This document shows positions 1 to 12,102 of a DNA stretch of 64,000 nucleotides, piece after piece. The notes beneath the pieces are model-generated. The model made no database searches, was not told the DNA's origin, and was given only the letters and a program-made list of their open reading frames with translations. The position numbers and the translations under genes are program-made. The stretch covers positions 1,665,324 through 1,729,323 of the forward strand of contig OZ316891.1 in assembly GCA_973895155.1 (NCBI GenBank), read 5' to 3'. Within the stretch, counting starts at the first letter, position 1; each line of letters begins with the position of its first letter. The DNA is from Marsupella aquatica (taxonomy: Eukaryota; Plantae; Marchantiophyta).

Positions 1-129
1 CCGATTAGGGTGCGAACTTAGAAGTGAGAACTCGACTAGTCCTCACGTTTTGAGCCAGTCATGCAGGAATAACAAGGAGGTATGGAGTAGCACAGGAATA
101 ACAGGTAGGTATGGAGTAGTTTGAATTGA

Positions 130-2050
130 TATCAGAGTTGTTTTCTTGCTCGGGGCAAAACAGATCGACGATGCTTTCCACCTCTAACCTCGCCAGTTAT
201 TACTCCCATTCCGTTGCTCGCCCCATGCACGTTAATGGCCCTTGCAAACGAGCTCCGTGTCGCTGCCGCGCCTGAGGTGAAAAGAACCGTCGATCCTGAG
301 GCGATCGGGATCACCTCCGCCTTTCTCGTTGCCTCGCTTTCGCTCACAACTCTCCCTCCCTCTCTTCTGTCTGCGTTCCGAACGGGAGGGAAAAGGCGAC
401 AAAAGGTGGGGGCTACACACTGGAAGAACACTGAAATGTCGCCCAACACGGCATGAGCAAGTTGTCAGTCAGGGCAGCTCCCCTCCAATTGGAAGGACAG
501 CCCAATCGCAGGAATTGAACCCCTGTCACGACGATAGACCTGTGTCAGATGTGGAGTAAATCGAGCTGCCCAAGTTTCGTTCAATCGTTCTAGTTATCTA
601 ACGGCAACCTTTACTTACATAGTAGAAGAGAACCGCCAGGTGCGAACTTTGCGATACTATTATACCGAGCTATTATTATTATATTACTGCACACGAGAGT
701 TGAACATGACAGGAAGTCCCAGACAACCTGTAGCAGCCTGCTACAGTTTTCCTGCTCGTAATTTTGAGAATGATGTCCACAGTATCCCCTGCTCGTCCTT
801 TGAGAATGATTACTTCCACATCATCCAATTTCCAATGTCCATTCCGCCGCTGAATGATAACCCCACCTCGCCCCGTTTGGCTCCTTCCGGTAGTTCCTCG
901 GAATCCCAATCCATGTAGGGCCATCAGTCCATCACCTAATCATTAACATCGACTTCCTGAGAACGCTTTGTCCCATTGAGGTTGGTTCAAAATTTCAGAG
1001 AGTTATTCATCAGCTCAGCTCTAAACAGTCTCCATTGCGGGCCATCCTGAGCTCACACACAGTTATCCAACACCGTGTCCGACTCCTAAAGATCTCAGTC
1101 CATGCAATTTTTCATTTCTCCACCGCATTATCGACTCCACCCATAGCTCCACCGCCACTCCCACTCCACAGGTATCCTCTCCAGACTCCACCCGGCACCC
1201 CGACTCAACAGAAGCCGAGCCAGCCGAGTTCACCGACACAGGGAGCATGTGGGCCGTCCGATACTGCAGCACAGCTGTCCCCCGTCGTCCACCCGGGGGG
1301 GCCTGCATGATCGCGGACTTAGATTATTAACCAGGGTGGGAACCACGCTCGTACGGACGTTGGTGCATCGAATGATTTCAATGCGGCCACGTCCTCCCAT
1401 GTTGGGTTCTTCCCAATTCCCATGAAACCCGCTTCGCATGAGACCCGGAAGCTTGTCTGTTGAGCCCACTGCCCCCCCCCACCCACTCCACCTCCACTAG
1501 CTCACTCTACTCCACCACACTCGACAAGTCGCGCCGCACCGGCATTGACCCGATAATCATCCCTTCCATAACCTGGGAGGACCACCTTTGGTGTCCTATC
1601 CTGGCGTCAAAGATTCACGGCGGGGCAGCCCCAAAGGAATTGCTGCAACCCATCATTCTCCTCTTACTAGGATTCCTTTCCACAGCACCTAAAAGGCCGG
1701 AAAACGAATTCATTCCGGACCATGTCCTTCAGGACTCCTTTCCGCCACCCTGGTTGAAAAGGAATTTGCTTCAATCCAGCTCCTCCGAAATTCCTTTCCA
1801 CAGCCCCTAGAGCCCATTCAACCAAGGAATGCTTCAGCTCAATGCAGACTGTCTCCTCGTTACTGCATGCAACCCCCGCCAACTAAAAGGAACGCTTCAA
1901 TCCAGCCCAGCCAGTATTCCATAGCACAGCTGCCTGGCAAGAATCCCCTTTCCAGAGCCTTTGCGGTAAATTCGAAAAGATCCATCTAGGAGAGGAGAGA
2001 TACCGATACTTTACAGCCGTAGGTGATACTTCTACCACCAGAATGCAATG
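130..2050 (-). pseudogene. Highly degenerate LTR-retrotransposon gag/protease-like relic
   Basis: Broken minus-strand frames: weak gag-like segment near 1900-2000, Cys-rich remnant near 1230-1290, and TVLFTSGA (ORF 132..449) loosely resembling a retropepsin VLFDSGA motif; order fits gag then pro. Weak evidence. Confidence 0.25.
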
Positions 2051-3544
2051 TGTGGATTTCGTGAATGTGAGCCTTTTTGGCTCTGATGAGTCTTCCTCGT
2101 CAGCGTTGATACCGAGACTTTAGCACAAAGTAATGGAACTGTGGCTAGTGAACACTGGAGATCCTGATGTTTGGTTGCTAGGCCCTTTCTATGTCCCTTT
2201 TAGTTTAACTTCAAAAAGGCGTACAATCAGAGTGCATAGCGCGCACAGACAGTCGCTTCGGATGAATGAATGACTGTAATGCTTTGCCCTTTCGAGTGCT
2301 TTCGACTTAACGACCAAAAGCTTATGTTGTATCCTGTTTCGATTTGAATGAGATATTTCGTTTGATAATTGTCAAAAGAGCTATGGGAGGTGATACCCTT
2401 ACTTTACCACAGTAAAAAGCTATGCCTTTACAATTCAACAATAAAATGTTCGGCTATCTGAAGTACAAGCTACCCTAATTTACAAAAAAGGGGCCCAACA
2501 AAGTAAATTCTAAAGCAAAAGAGGTACACAGCCTACAAACACCAGGGCAAATGCAAACCCCCGAACTTCGAAAGAGTTAAAGGAAACGAAAAGGGTTGAG
2601 TATAATTAAACAAATGGATGAGTGTGAGTCACCAATGAGTCCAACCCAAAACTTTAGCCCAGGAAAAGCTCTACTTTAAAGTGCTACCAGAAAGTCTCAA
2701 ACCCAGCCAGACACTCTTGCAAAAGAGGGATTCAATCGTGTTTTCCATCAAAGATTCATAATGAGTGCTTAAATAACACTGGAGGATAAGGTATGGTATG
2801 ATGCTTGCGGACAAGAATTTTTACTATCGAGGAGAGTATTGCTAGCCAGTCATAGAAATAGTTCTTTAATGCCTTTTAATTTTGGCCTACTTTTTGTATT
2901 TCTAAGACTCCATTTGCCCAGCTCATTTGCTACCACAAGAGGAGTCCCCAAATTGCGTTTTACTAAAAAGTGAGACAAAAGATATTGAAGGACCCAATGA
3001 GAAGTGACTTCCAATACACATGTGGCCATATCAGCATTTTCCATCATAGAGGAGACGTCCATGTTTGCAGCAATACACCAACATGATTGTGTATGTTTGA
3101 CTCAAGGCCTCACTCAAGGTCACCAAATATGATTAAACCCAGAATCCACAAAAACATGTGTGTAAGAACAAACAACAGGGTAAAAACAATACCACGAGAA
3201 TGAGCCATCAAATTCTAGGATGAACAATTGGATCGATGTTGAGGATTAACGGGGAGGGTGTGCACATTGAACTGATGGCACTTATTGTTTATTAAGTGTA
3301 CTTTTTGAGTTTTCAAGGTCTTGTTTTGGTGCTTTGGGGTACATCAGCATCCTGAGTTACATAAAAAAACAAGATCAAAATGGCATTTTAGCAGTAGCTT
3401 GTTGATTGAGAGTCCGTCTAGGCTGAGATTTTTTAAGGTGGTTCCTAGATTGAGGACCTGCTCGTTTCCATTTAGAAGAAAAAAGAAATTCCCAACATTT
3501 TTGAATGACACACATCAAACCAATCAGATGAAAGAGACGGGAAA

Positions 3545-3567
3545 AGAAGAAGAAGAAGAAGAAGAAA
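3545..3567. repeat. (GAA)n microsatellite
   Basis: Direct reading: about 7 GAA units. Confidence 0.9.
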
Positions 3568-5955
3568 GTGGGGTGGGAGTGGGAGAGGAATAAAAGAAAA
3601 CCAATGGATGGCACAGACTAATAGTTTGTGGATTCATTTGAATCCACATAGAATAAATTGAGGGTGGCTTGAATGGATCATGAGTAAAAAGGTGCGTAAG
3701 AGGCAAACAACATCTAACACCTCTCTTCTGCAATTGACACCACTATGAGTCTCACTGTTATTGAGTGGAAAAATTAATGAATCGTTACAGGACATGATAA
3801 CGGATGAGAAAATAATGACTTTGAGAATACAGAATGAGTTTTATGCACGTGTTATGACAAACAATCTCAATGGATATGTTGGAGCAAGCTTTTATCACGG
3901 CCATTGTAAGCCGTTAAGTAATTCTATATATAATCTTGATTATTCCAACGAGTCCGTCATCACAGATCCCACATGAGGTCTACAAACCAAGTTTTGTCTA
4001 GCTAGGGACTAGTCAACCAAGTGGTGTACTACGAGGAAAGCTGAGTATGGTACTGACAGAAATGTTTTTCCTCACAGTCACCAAGAATTTTTTGTCCTGT
4101 TTGGTCTCACGTTACACTACTACCAGGAGTGGTTATAGTTCTAGCTAGATAGCAACATAAAAAAGCTAGACATAGTCAATTTGGTAAAAATATAAACATC
4201 AAGTCAGGGATTGCAGAGATCATTACTTTACATGTTACTGAGATTTAAGTTGCCATATATATATATATATGACTAAATATACTTTTCTGATTTAATTAAT
4301 ACTCTGTTGATATTTTGCTATTTTAATAAATATTGTGGGTTAGCTGAAAGCTGAAAATCCGCTTGATGATAACTTGTGCACACCTACCACCCTCCAACTT
4401 GGGTGTGGGTCTCTTTCTGTCACAAATTAAAGGTGACCAGGAGAAGACTGGTTTGGGCGGGATGACGGCAACAGGGCAAGACTTGCCCTCAAGATGGAGA
4501 GCAGTAGTAGGAGTGGACCACTTAGGATTGAGTGGATTTCCAACTGTTTGATAGAAAGATGCAAGCCAGTGTTTTTTTAGTGGCAAAAATTTGTTAGATT
4601 CCACCTCCCCAAAAATCCTTAGCCACTTTTGGCAAAAATTAGCTATTATTTTGCTGGCTCATTAGCCAGTGTATCATTTAATCCCAGCCCCCATTAGCTA
4701 GAATCTAATGGTCAACCTTAAATCTAGGGAGATCTGACGGTCAAGAAAATAATTAAATAAAGAATCTTTTGAACATCTTCTCCCTCACACACTTTACATT
4801 GGCCACTCCGGCTAAAAAATGAGATCCTTAAAACATAGGCTGGTGCAAGGTGACGCCGTCAGATCATTCTAAGCTAACTTTATTTACATCCCTCACCAAA
4901 TGAGTGGTGAACAAATATGGCTAACTCTGTATTTTTACGGAAAATAAGGTGTCAGTTTGCTATCATGGTGTAGTTATTGCCATAACCAGCATATTTGACA
5001 CGGGCCAAAGCTCAATGCCAGTCATTCCCAACATAATTATGTACGACCGATGTGAATTCAATATTTTGGACAGACAAAACAAAAACGTTGAACGCCATCT
5101 CCAAACATGGCACACCAAAAGCAATAGAATTCTTTTACAAATGACGTAGACAGTCATTACTCACAAGCCATGTGAACCAGCCATCGGATCAACCTCAGTC
5201 TCTTCAACATCTACAGTACCTACCCACTATCACTAGCAACAAAAGCAAAGCCTGCTCTTTATGGGAGTTGCACGGCCTACACTCTTCGGCGGTCGATGTC
5301 TCCTTCCAAATTGCTAAAGAAACAAAATAACGAACCATTTCAACAAATAAATATAAGACAGGATTGTATCAAAGGTGCAGTGCTCAATCGTACCCAATTG
5401 TTTTGCAAATGCTATCTTTTTTTGCCTTGAAACATCAAATCTTGCCATAGAAAGTGAGAACCTGGAACACGTTCATGTTTAGTAAAGCTGCCCATAAATT
5501 ACTGCATGCGTTGTAGAGCCCTGAGCTCAAATGTTATCAATACTCAACCTATAAACTCGTCCCAAAATGTTCGTTGTATGCAAGCATTTCTGACTCGTTT
5601 GTTTTGTTTGTGAGTACTCTCGGTTCATATATATCAGACAAAATACCCAGGGAGAAAACCAGAGAAAAATCCAAGAAATATACATTTTGGACAGGGCTCT
5701 ACACCAGTTGGGTGCATAGACAGTTGAAACTGAAACAGAAAGGTTTGTGCACACACAGGTGTCTTGTCATTCTTCCCAGCGTATGACAATCCCAAGCAAG
5801 CACACGTCAGGATTTAGTCTTTTTCTTTCTCTATGATTTGTTTTGGGGGAAAGACGAAGGGGAACCCTGCCCGAACAAAAGTGCATTGCAACTGGAAAAC
5901 TTATTTGGCAAAAGAACCAACTCTCATTTTGGAGCAAACGAAACAGAGGAAACAG

Positions 5956-6315
5956 CGGGCCAATGAAAGCCAGATCCAGAAATACCAACGAGCGAGATTT
6001 TACAAATTAGTCGCCAGAAATCTGAAAGAGAATGCACAAAATTCTCATCCCCGTCTAATTCTTCGCTAGGAGAGCGGTCGAATGAGGACGGGCCAATGAA
6101 AGCCAGATCCAGAAGTACCAACGAGCGAGACTTAACAGATTAGTCGCCAGAAATCTGAAAGAGAACGCACAAAATTCTCATCCTCGTCTAATTCTCCGCT
6201 ACGCGAGTGGTCGAATAACGACGGGCCAATGAAAGCCAGATCCAGAAGTACCAACGAGCGAGACTTCACAGATTAGTCGCCAGAAATCCGAAAGAGAACG
6301 CACAAAATTCTCATC
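5956..6315. repeat. Tandem repeat, 133-bp unit, about 2.7 copies
   Basis: cgggccaatgaaagccagatccagaa starts at 5956, 6089 and 6222 (period 133). Confidence 0.9.
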
Positions 6316-7224
6316 TTCGCTGGGAGACTGGTCCAATGACGACACTACGACATAAAAGTTTCATCACACGAAAATTGTACGACAGAGACTTAATCGAAAG
6401 AGGGGGCCAAAAAAATGCCTCGAATAGTTGACCGATCTTAATTTCTGTGCCAGCAATCATTGTTGAGAATATTTCCCTAGCATGGCCAATAATTGAAAAG
6501 AAGTCGCCTTTATCATTAGTTTCGGAGTACACAGTTTCAACATGAATTATCGAAGACCATATCACTATTCAAAGAACTCTGCCAAAAACATTTAATGAAA
6601 CCTAGAAGTCGATGTCCACGGAACCTGTAAATACATAGCTTCTACATTCTAGCACGGCACAGACATTCCAATGGCTTCTCCTCAGAAGTCTCTATCTTGT
6701 CCAACTTCGCCGCTGACGATTATTTAAGGATCTCGTGTCGGTACAATGCTTCGCCTCACTGTCTGATCTGCATGACCAAGTTCCCTCGATTACAATGCTC
6801 ACGGTGCTGACGACGTGACCGCTCTTTACTGCGCATCAGAGTCACACTATGACATAAGAGTCACACTATGACTCCAGGTATTCAAATTCAATGCCACCGC
6901 CTGATAAGTGATTGATCAAATTTATGGAAACTGTCATTAATAGATGATGAGTACCTGAAGATTAAAATCTCAAATTGTACGGGAGAGATTGGTAGATGGT
7001 CGCAGATTGATCAGGAAAACGTCACGCATTCAGTTTCAGGATTATAGGGGAAATTAAAAGAAGCTTATGATATTTGCGGTAAGCCCTTATGCATCTTATT
7101 TGGCAGAGCAAAAATCCATGGGTAATAGAGTCATTCCACACCAAACATGCTCGATGAACAATGCAAACGGGCATGCAATGCATCAACTCCTAGAAGTTAT
7201 TATCTGCATTTTACCCACAAGACA

Positions 7225-8115
7225 AATTTTGGTGAATGGAACCATCGCTTTGAAGCGAAGGTTGCCAACCTATCGTCTAGACCATATACCATGGTTTGGC
7301 CTCGAAGATGTTTGTCGGAGAACTCCTGCATGACGAATCCAGCAGAGGTGACTTGGCCCCTTGTCTGTCCCAGGAAATGTCCGTCTGAATTCCACCAGTA
7401 GGCCAATCATGGGTCATGGAGATCACAGACTTGCATCAAAGAGTCCACCAATTTCACATTAGGGCTCTTCAAATGCTCACCTATGGTCTCCATGTACCAT
7501 AGTTGACGGGCGGCTCATGTCTCGCAGTATTCCCACCATCCGCATTTTACCTGCAGGCCATTCGTGGTTTATGGAACCATAGATGTGTAGCAAAGGACTG
7601 CCAACCTATGGTCTCCATGTACCACGGTTGGCCTGGAGGTCATCGCCCGCTGCACATAACGCGAGAATTTGAAGTAGATGGCCCACCGTCTCCAGCGAGA
7701 GAGAATTCCACCTCCATTTATCTGCAGTCCACTCATGGTGTATGGAGCCATAGGTGTGCAGCGAGGACTGTCAACCTATGGTCTCCATGTACCATGGCTG
7801 GTCTGAAGATCATCATTTGTTTTGCACTACCTAACGAATCGAGTCGGAATTGCCCAATTTTCGCCAGGAAACCTCCAGAACAATCATGGTGTATGGAACC
7901 ATAGATTTGCAGCAAAGCATGCCGACCTATGGTCTCCATGTACCACGGCTGGACTGGAGATCATCATTGGTCTTCCACGTACGTAACGAATCGAGTCAAG
8001 ATTGCCCAAATTCTCACCAGAAACCTGCAGGACAATCATGGTGTATGGAACCATAGATTTGCAGCAAAGCATGCCAACCTATGGTCTCCATGTACCACGG
8101 CTGACCTGAAGGTCA
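7225..8115. repeat. Diverged tandem array (6 units, 151-180 bp), each with a hairpin core
   Basis: tggaaccat-like anchor at 7237, 7417, 7572, 7743, 7894, 8046; core catggtgtatggaaccatag...ctatggtctccatgtacca is self-complementary. Confidence 0.85.
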
Positions 8116-9379
8116 TTTCTCCATCATATTTTACAAAGGTAAACCCCAATCTCTCCATCATATTTTACAAAGGTTTACAAAGGTTCTTCGGGATCGTTGC
8201 GGAACTATGGATTGCACCTGCCTAGAATCTTTCAACGACGCAAAGATGAGCTTTCGACATCCGCTAACGACGTACCGTAATGTACTTCAACAACTTGCAG
8301 ACCGAGACCACGACACTGTTACAGCTGCACAGATTAAGTATCGCTGACTCAAGCTGAGAACCTTCATTACAAGACAGGATACAACGTGAATGTGCATAGG
8401 ACAATCCAACATCCAAGGCAACATTCGTGCGCATGTGGTGGTATAAAAATTGTGGGAGCCAGTCAGCCAGTCATGTTCACACCAACAGATCCAAGGCCGT
8501 GCCTGACATCGACAAGGTGCTCAGAATGAGACGAAGCGAAGACAGACGCTGAGGCAAAATGAGAATTGATATGTTTGCAACCAGAGGCTGTGCCTCTTTA
8601 TACATGCATGCCCATCTCGAAAATGTAGATCGCCACCATTGAACACTCCCGAATTCGAAAACAACGAAGTGAAAGGAACCACTGTTTTCTTTAGTGGACA
8701 CGTCAAACAAAAATCAGCCCTTTCAAAAATTTATCGCTACTTCTGGCTGAGCTTTTTTCAGATCTTTTTAACTGGTTTCCACCAAGCCAAAGTGTGGAAT
8801 CGCCCGCCTCAAAATTTCCAGTTAAATTTTAATAATGAGTAGTCCTAGCATTCCTTCTTGACACGAGGTAACATCAGCCATCCTGGCCAATTCAATAACC
8901 CTTAACAATACCATGAAAAGAACAATAAAAGGTCTTAGAGCCACCCCAAAGGGTCACGGGGAGGAATCCTACTACCAATTGCCTCAGTAGGGCGTCTCGA
9001 TCACAACTTTAAAGTTGGGCATGATCACTTGTTGGCCATAAACAAATGGCCATAACTTTTTCACATATCATCTCAAAGGTTGTTTTTGGTTGTTTTTCAC
9101 TGGCCTTTAGAGTGACTTAGGTTCATGGCATATGATCATCTTTATGGCAAAAAGTTACAAACTATAAATTTGGTTTTACTGATCACACTGTGACAGAAAC
9201 GCATATTTTCAATGAATGACCATGAATTCTTTGTATGGGGATAGCATAGTATGTCAGTATTTGATTTGATTTATGCTATGCTATTTCTCCATTGTTTTTC
9301 ATTTACTTCTAAAATTAGTTCAAGAACCACTGGCATGGTTAATTTATGTAAGCTTGATGGAGCTATGAAGTAGTGTAGA

Positions 9380-9750
9380 TTAGAATATATTTGGATATGG
9401 AGATAAGAGGACAAAGGTTAAGGAATTAGTCTAAATGAAGTGGGTTTTAAGGTATTTAATACCCTTTCAATTTCATTGAAGACAAAGAGGAAGTTATTCA
9501 AGATAACAGTTCATGATAAACCATTTCCTCGGAACCTCTATGCTGGCCTCTATGTCCACAGTCCATATTACATTCCATACATCCATGCAAAATGCTCCAC
9601 TATCTATAGTAGACCAAGAGTCTCTTACTTTCCCTTGGTATTCCTCTATACAATCATAGGATTCTAAGGGTTTCCTACATTCCTTTGTTATTCCTCTGTC
9701 CATTGTAGTTTAAGAGACAGTTTCTTATGTTCTCTTGTTACTCCTGTGTC
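9380..9750. repeat. Old dispersed repeat, related to 18120-18480
   Basis: gtgggttttaaggtatttaataccctttcaatttcattgaagacaaagag (about 9440) aligns with gtggattttaaggtggttaggacacattcaatttcattgaagaaaaagag (about 18202); similarity continues on both sides. Confidence 0.6.
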
Positions 9751-12102
9751 CATAGTAGCAAAAGGTTTCTTACATTACCTTGGTAAATGTTATATTAGAT
9801 GAAGAGTTTATTTATACTCATGATTATTTCAAAAATTCAAAGAATTTACCAGAAAACATTGATATGTCAATCACACCAATCCAAAGGATATTTTGTTGTA
9901 CCCCCTTTTTACTCCTTTCTTTGTTACTTTTCCATTTTCCATTATTCTTATTTACAATCATCGCGAATCTATCTTATGGATTCCTTTGCCTTGCTAAACC
10001 CAAATAGTCACATCTGATTAGTCTTGCATCACTATATGTGCTTGTTTGTGACCAATAAAATTAATGTGATTGCACATGTTTGTAGGGATTCTGGAAGGAG
10101 TTTTCCATGGGATTCCATAATAAACAATCCCACAAAACATCATCCTTGGCCCGTGGTCTGGAACTTACAAACTTGACAGGTGGGAGCATATATCCATCAG
10201 TAGTCGATCACCTTCCATGCTTGTCGGGCTTATTATTATAGAAGGGTTAGGAATATATATATATGGTGTTGGCTACTAAGGGATACACGGTCCGTGCACG
10301 AGAGATATATATATAGCACGATACATACAAACAAACACATGGTTATTAATGGGAGGTATATGCTTGATGGACCCCTTGGCTGAAAAACTTGGCTTGATAG
10401 GCCCCCATAGAACTTTTGTTACAAACTAGGCCCCTAATCAGATTTTGCACAATCAGGTCATGTGTTACTGGTGCCTAAGTGTAACATCCACCACGTGTTC
10501 CATGCATAGCCCATTACACTCCATTCCGATATATGGCCACCAACGCAATCTACCACGGCATTACAACTAGGTAACCTATCTGTTTATGCATGAACTCATA
10601 ATGAAATATGGCCACATAATAATTTAGGGCTTAGGGCCTCTGTCACTGTGTGTACAGGGGATTTGATCTATCCGTGTGCAAGTCTTGCAGGTTATTGAGC
10701 TTTTGTCATGATGCAAACATGGATTTGGGCAGAAAGGGGGACATTCGGCACATTTCTCATCACATGCATCAAAGGGGCATTTGCTGCATTTAGGGCTGCA
10801 TTATGGATTACAGGGCGGGGGCAGACTCAATCTATTCATTAAAAGTAAGTTATTATTTGATTTATGAACATTTGGGCAATAGAAAGTGTACATTTGGCTT
10901 TCAAAAAGTGTACATTTGGGCAATAAACAAAGATGATGGGCATCAGACAGACCTCCATGTTCATTCTTTGTAAATGAACTAGGACGAGACTCCTTCTAGT
11001 TTGGATCCCTTTTGCCCCCTCAAGTTTACAATTGACTATTTAGGTGTAGAGTATTGTACTATAATGTACATTTTGGGGTTAAAAAGTGTATATTTAGAGA
11101 CCAAAAAGTGAACATTTAGAGGCCTAAAAGTGAACAGAATAATATACAAGTCTTTTAATGAATAGGGTGACAACTTGGGCGGCCTCCCCACCACTACTGA
11201 CTCAGGTGAATTTTGTATCAAATGCATATTCTTATTATCACCAACTAACATGCACAATCCCATTCATAATATTATCCTTTAAATATTAAATCTAGGAATT
11301 TTGAATTGGTTACTCTCCATCTCTTTTCTCCCTTTCCTTAACGCTGACAGCAATTTTACGTTAGCCCCATACTTAATGCACTTTTCTTGTAATTCCTGCA
11401 GTCCCAAATGGGATGGTAGTTAAGGGATACTGAGTTGCCATATGGCAACAAGAACCCATATACAAGTTATACTGACCCCAATACAAAATGGAGGACAGGT
11501 TAATACTTAATTTAATGTGTTGGGGGGTACATTAATAATATTGGGTAGTTTGGGAGACAAGTTAGTAAAAAGCTGTTTTTTAAGTAATACTTGCATGTAA
11601 ACCAGTTATGCTTGCCATTGATTTGAAGGTGGGGACAAAAGTGAATGTGGATATGAATGTATTCATTGCCTGAGAATTGCTTCTGGCCGCTGTGATGACA
11701 TAGCAAAATTTGAAGACTATGCAGCTACCTGGCTGGTCTCGATCAAAATCAAACGCAGCCACTCATCTGTCCTCCTAAGTTACCCTAAACCCACACATCC
11801 ATGAAGCACACAGGAATAGAACCATGGATAGAGAGACACCCTCCTCTGCATGAACATACGCAGAGTTTGAGTACCACAAGTCAGAAACCATTCCACAAAA
11901 TTGAAGATACAAAATCTGGCAAACATTACCAAGAATATGCTTACCTTGATTTGGTTCCCAAAATTGAGTCTACTAACAGTGTCCCAAGGTGAAAATTAAA
12001 ACATAAGGCAAGACAAAAGCGGGTCAGCCTCATGCAAGAAGGGATATGAAAAAACAACTGTCCCATGCACAAGGACTGAAGAAATGACTAAAAGTGTGCA
12101 TA

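Noticed and set aside
7225-8115. CRISPR-like look (palindromic repeat plus spacers)
   Set aside because: Linkers are homologous to each other, units are 150-180 bp and degenerate, no cas genes are present, and the context is eukaryotic.
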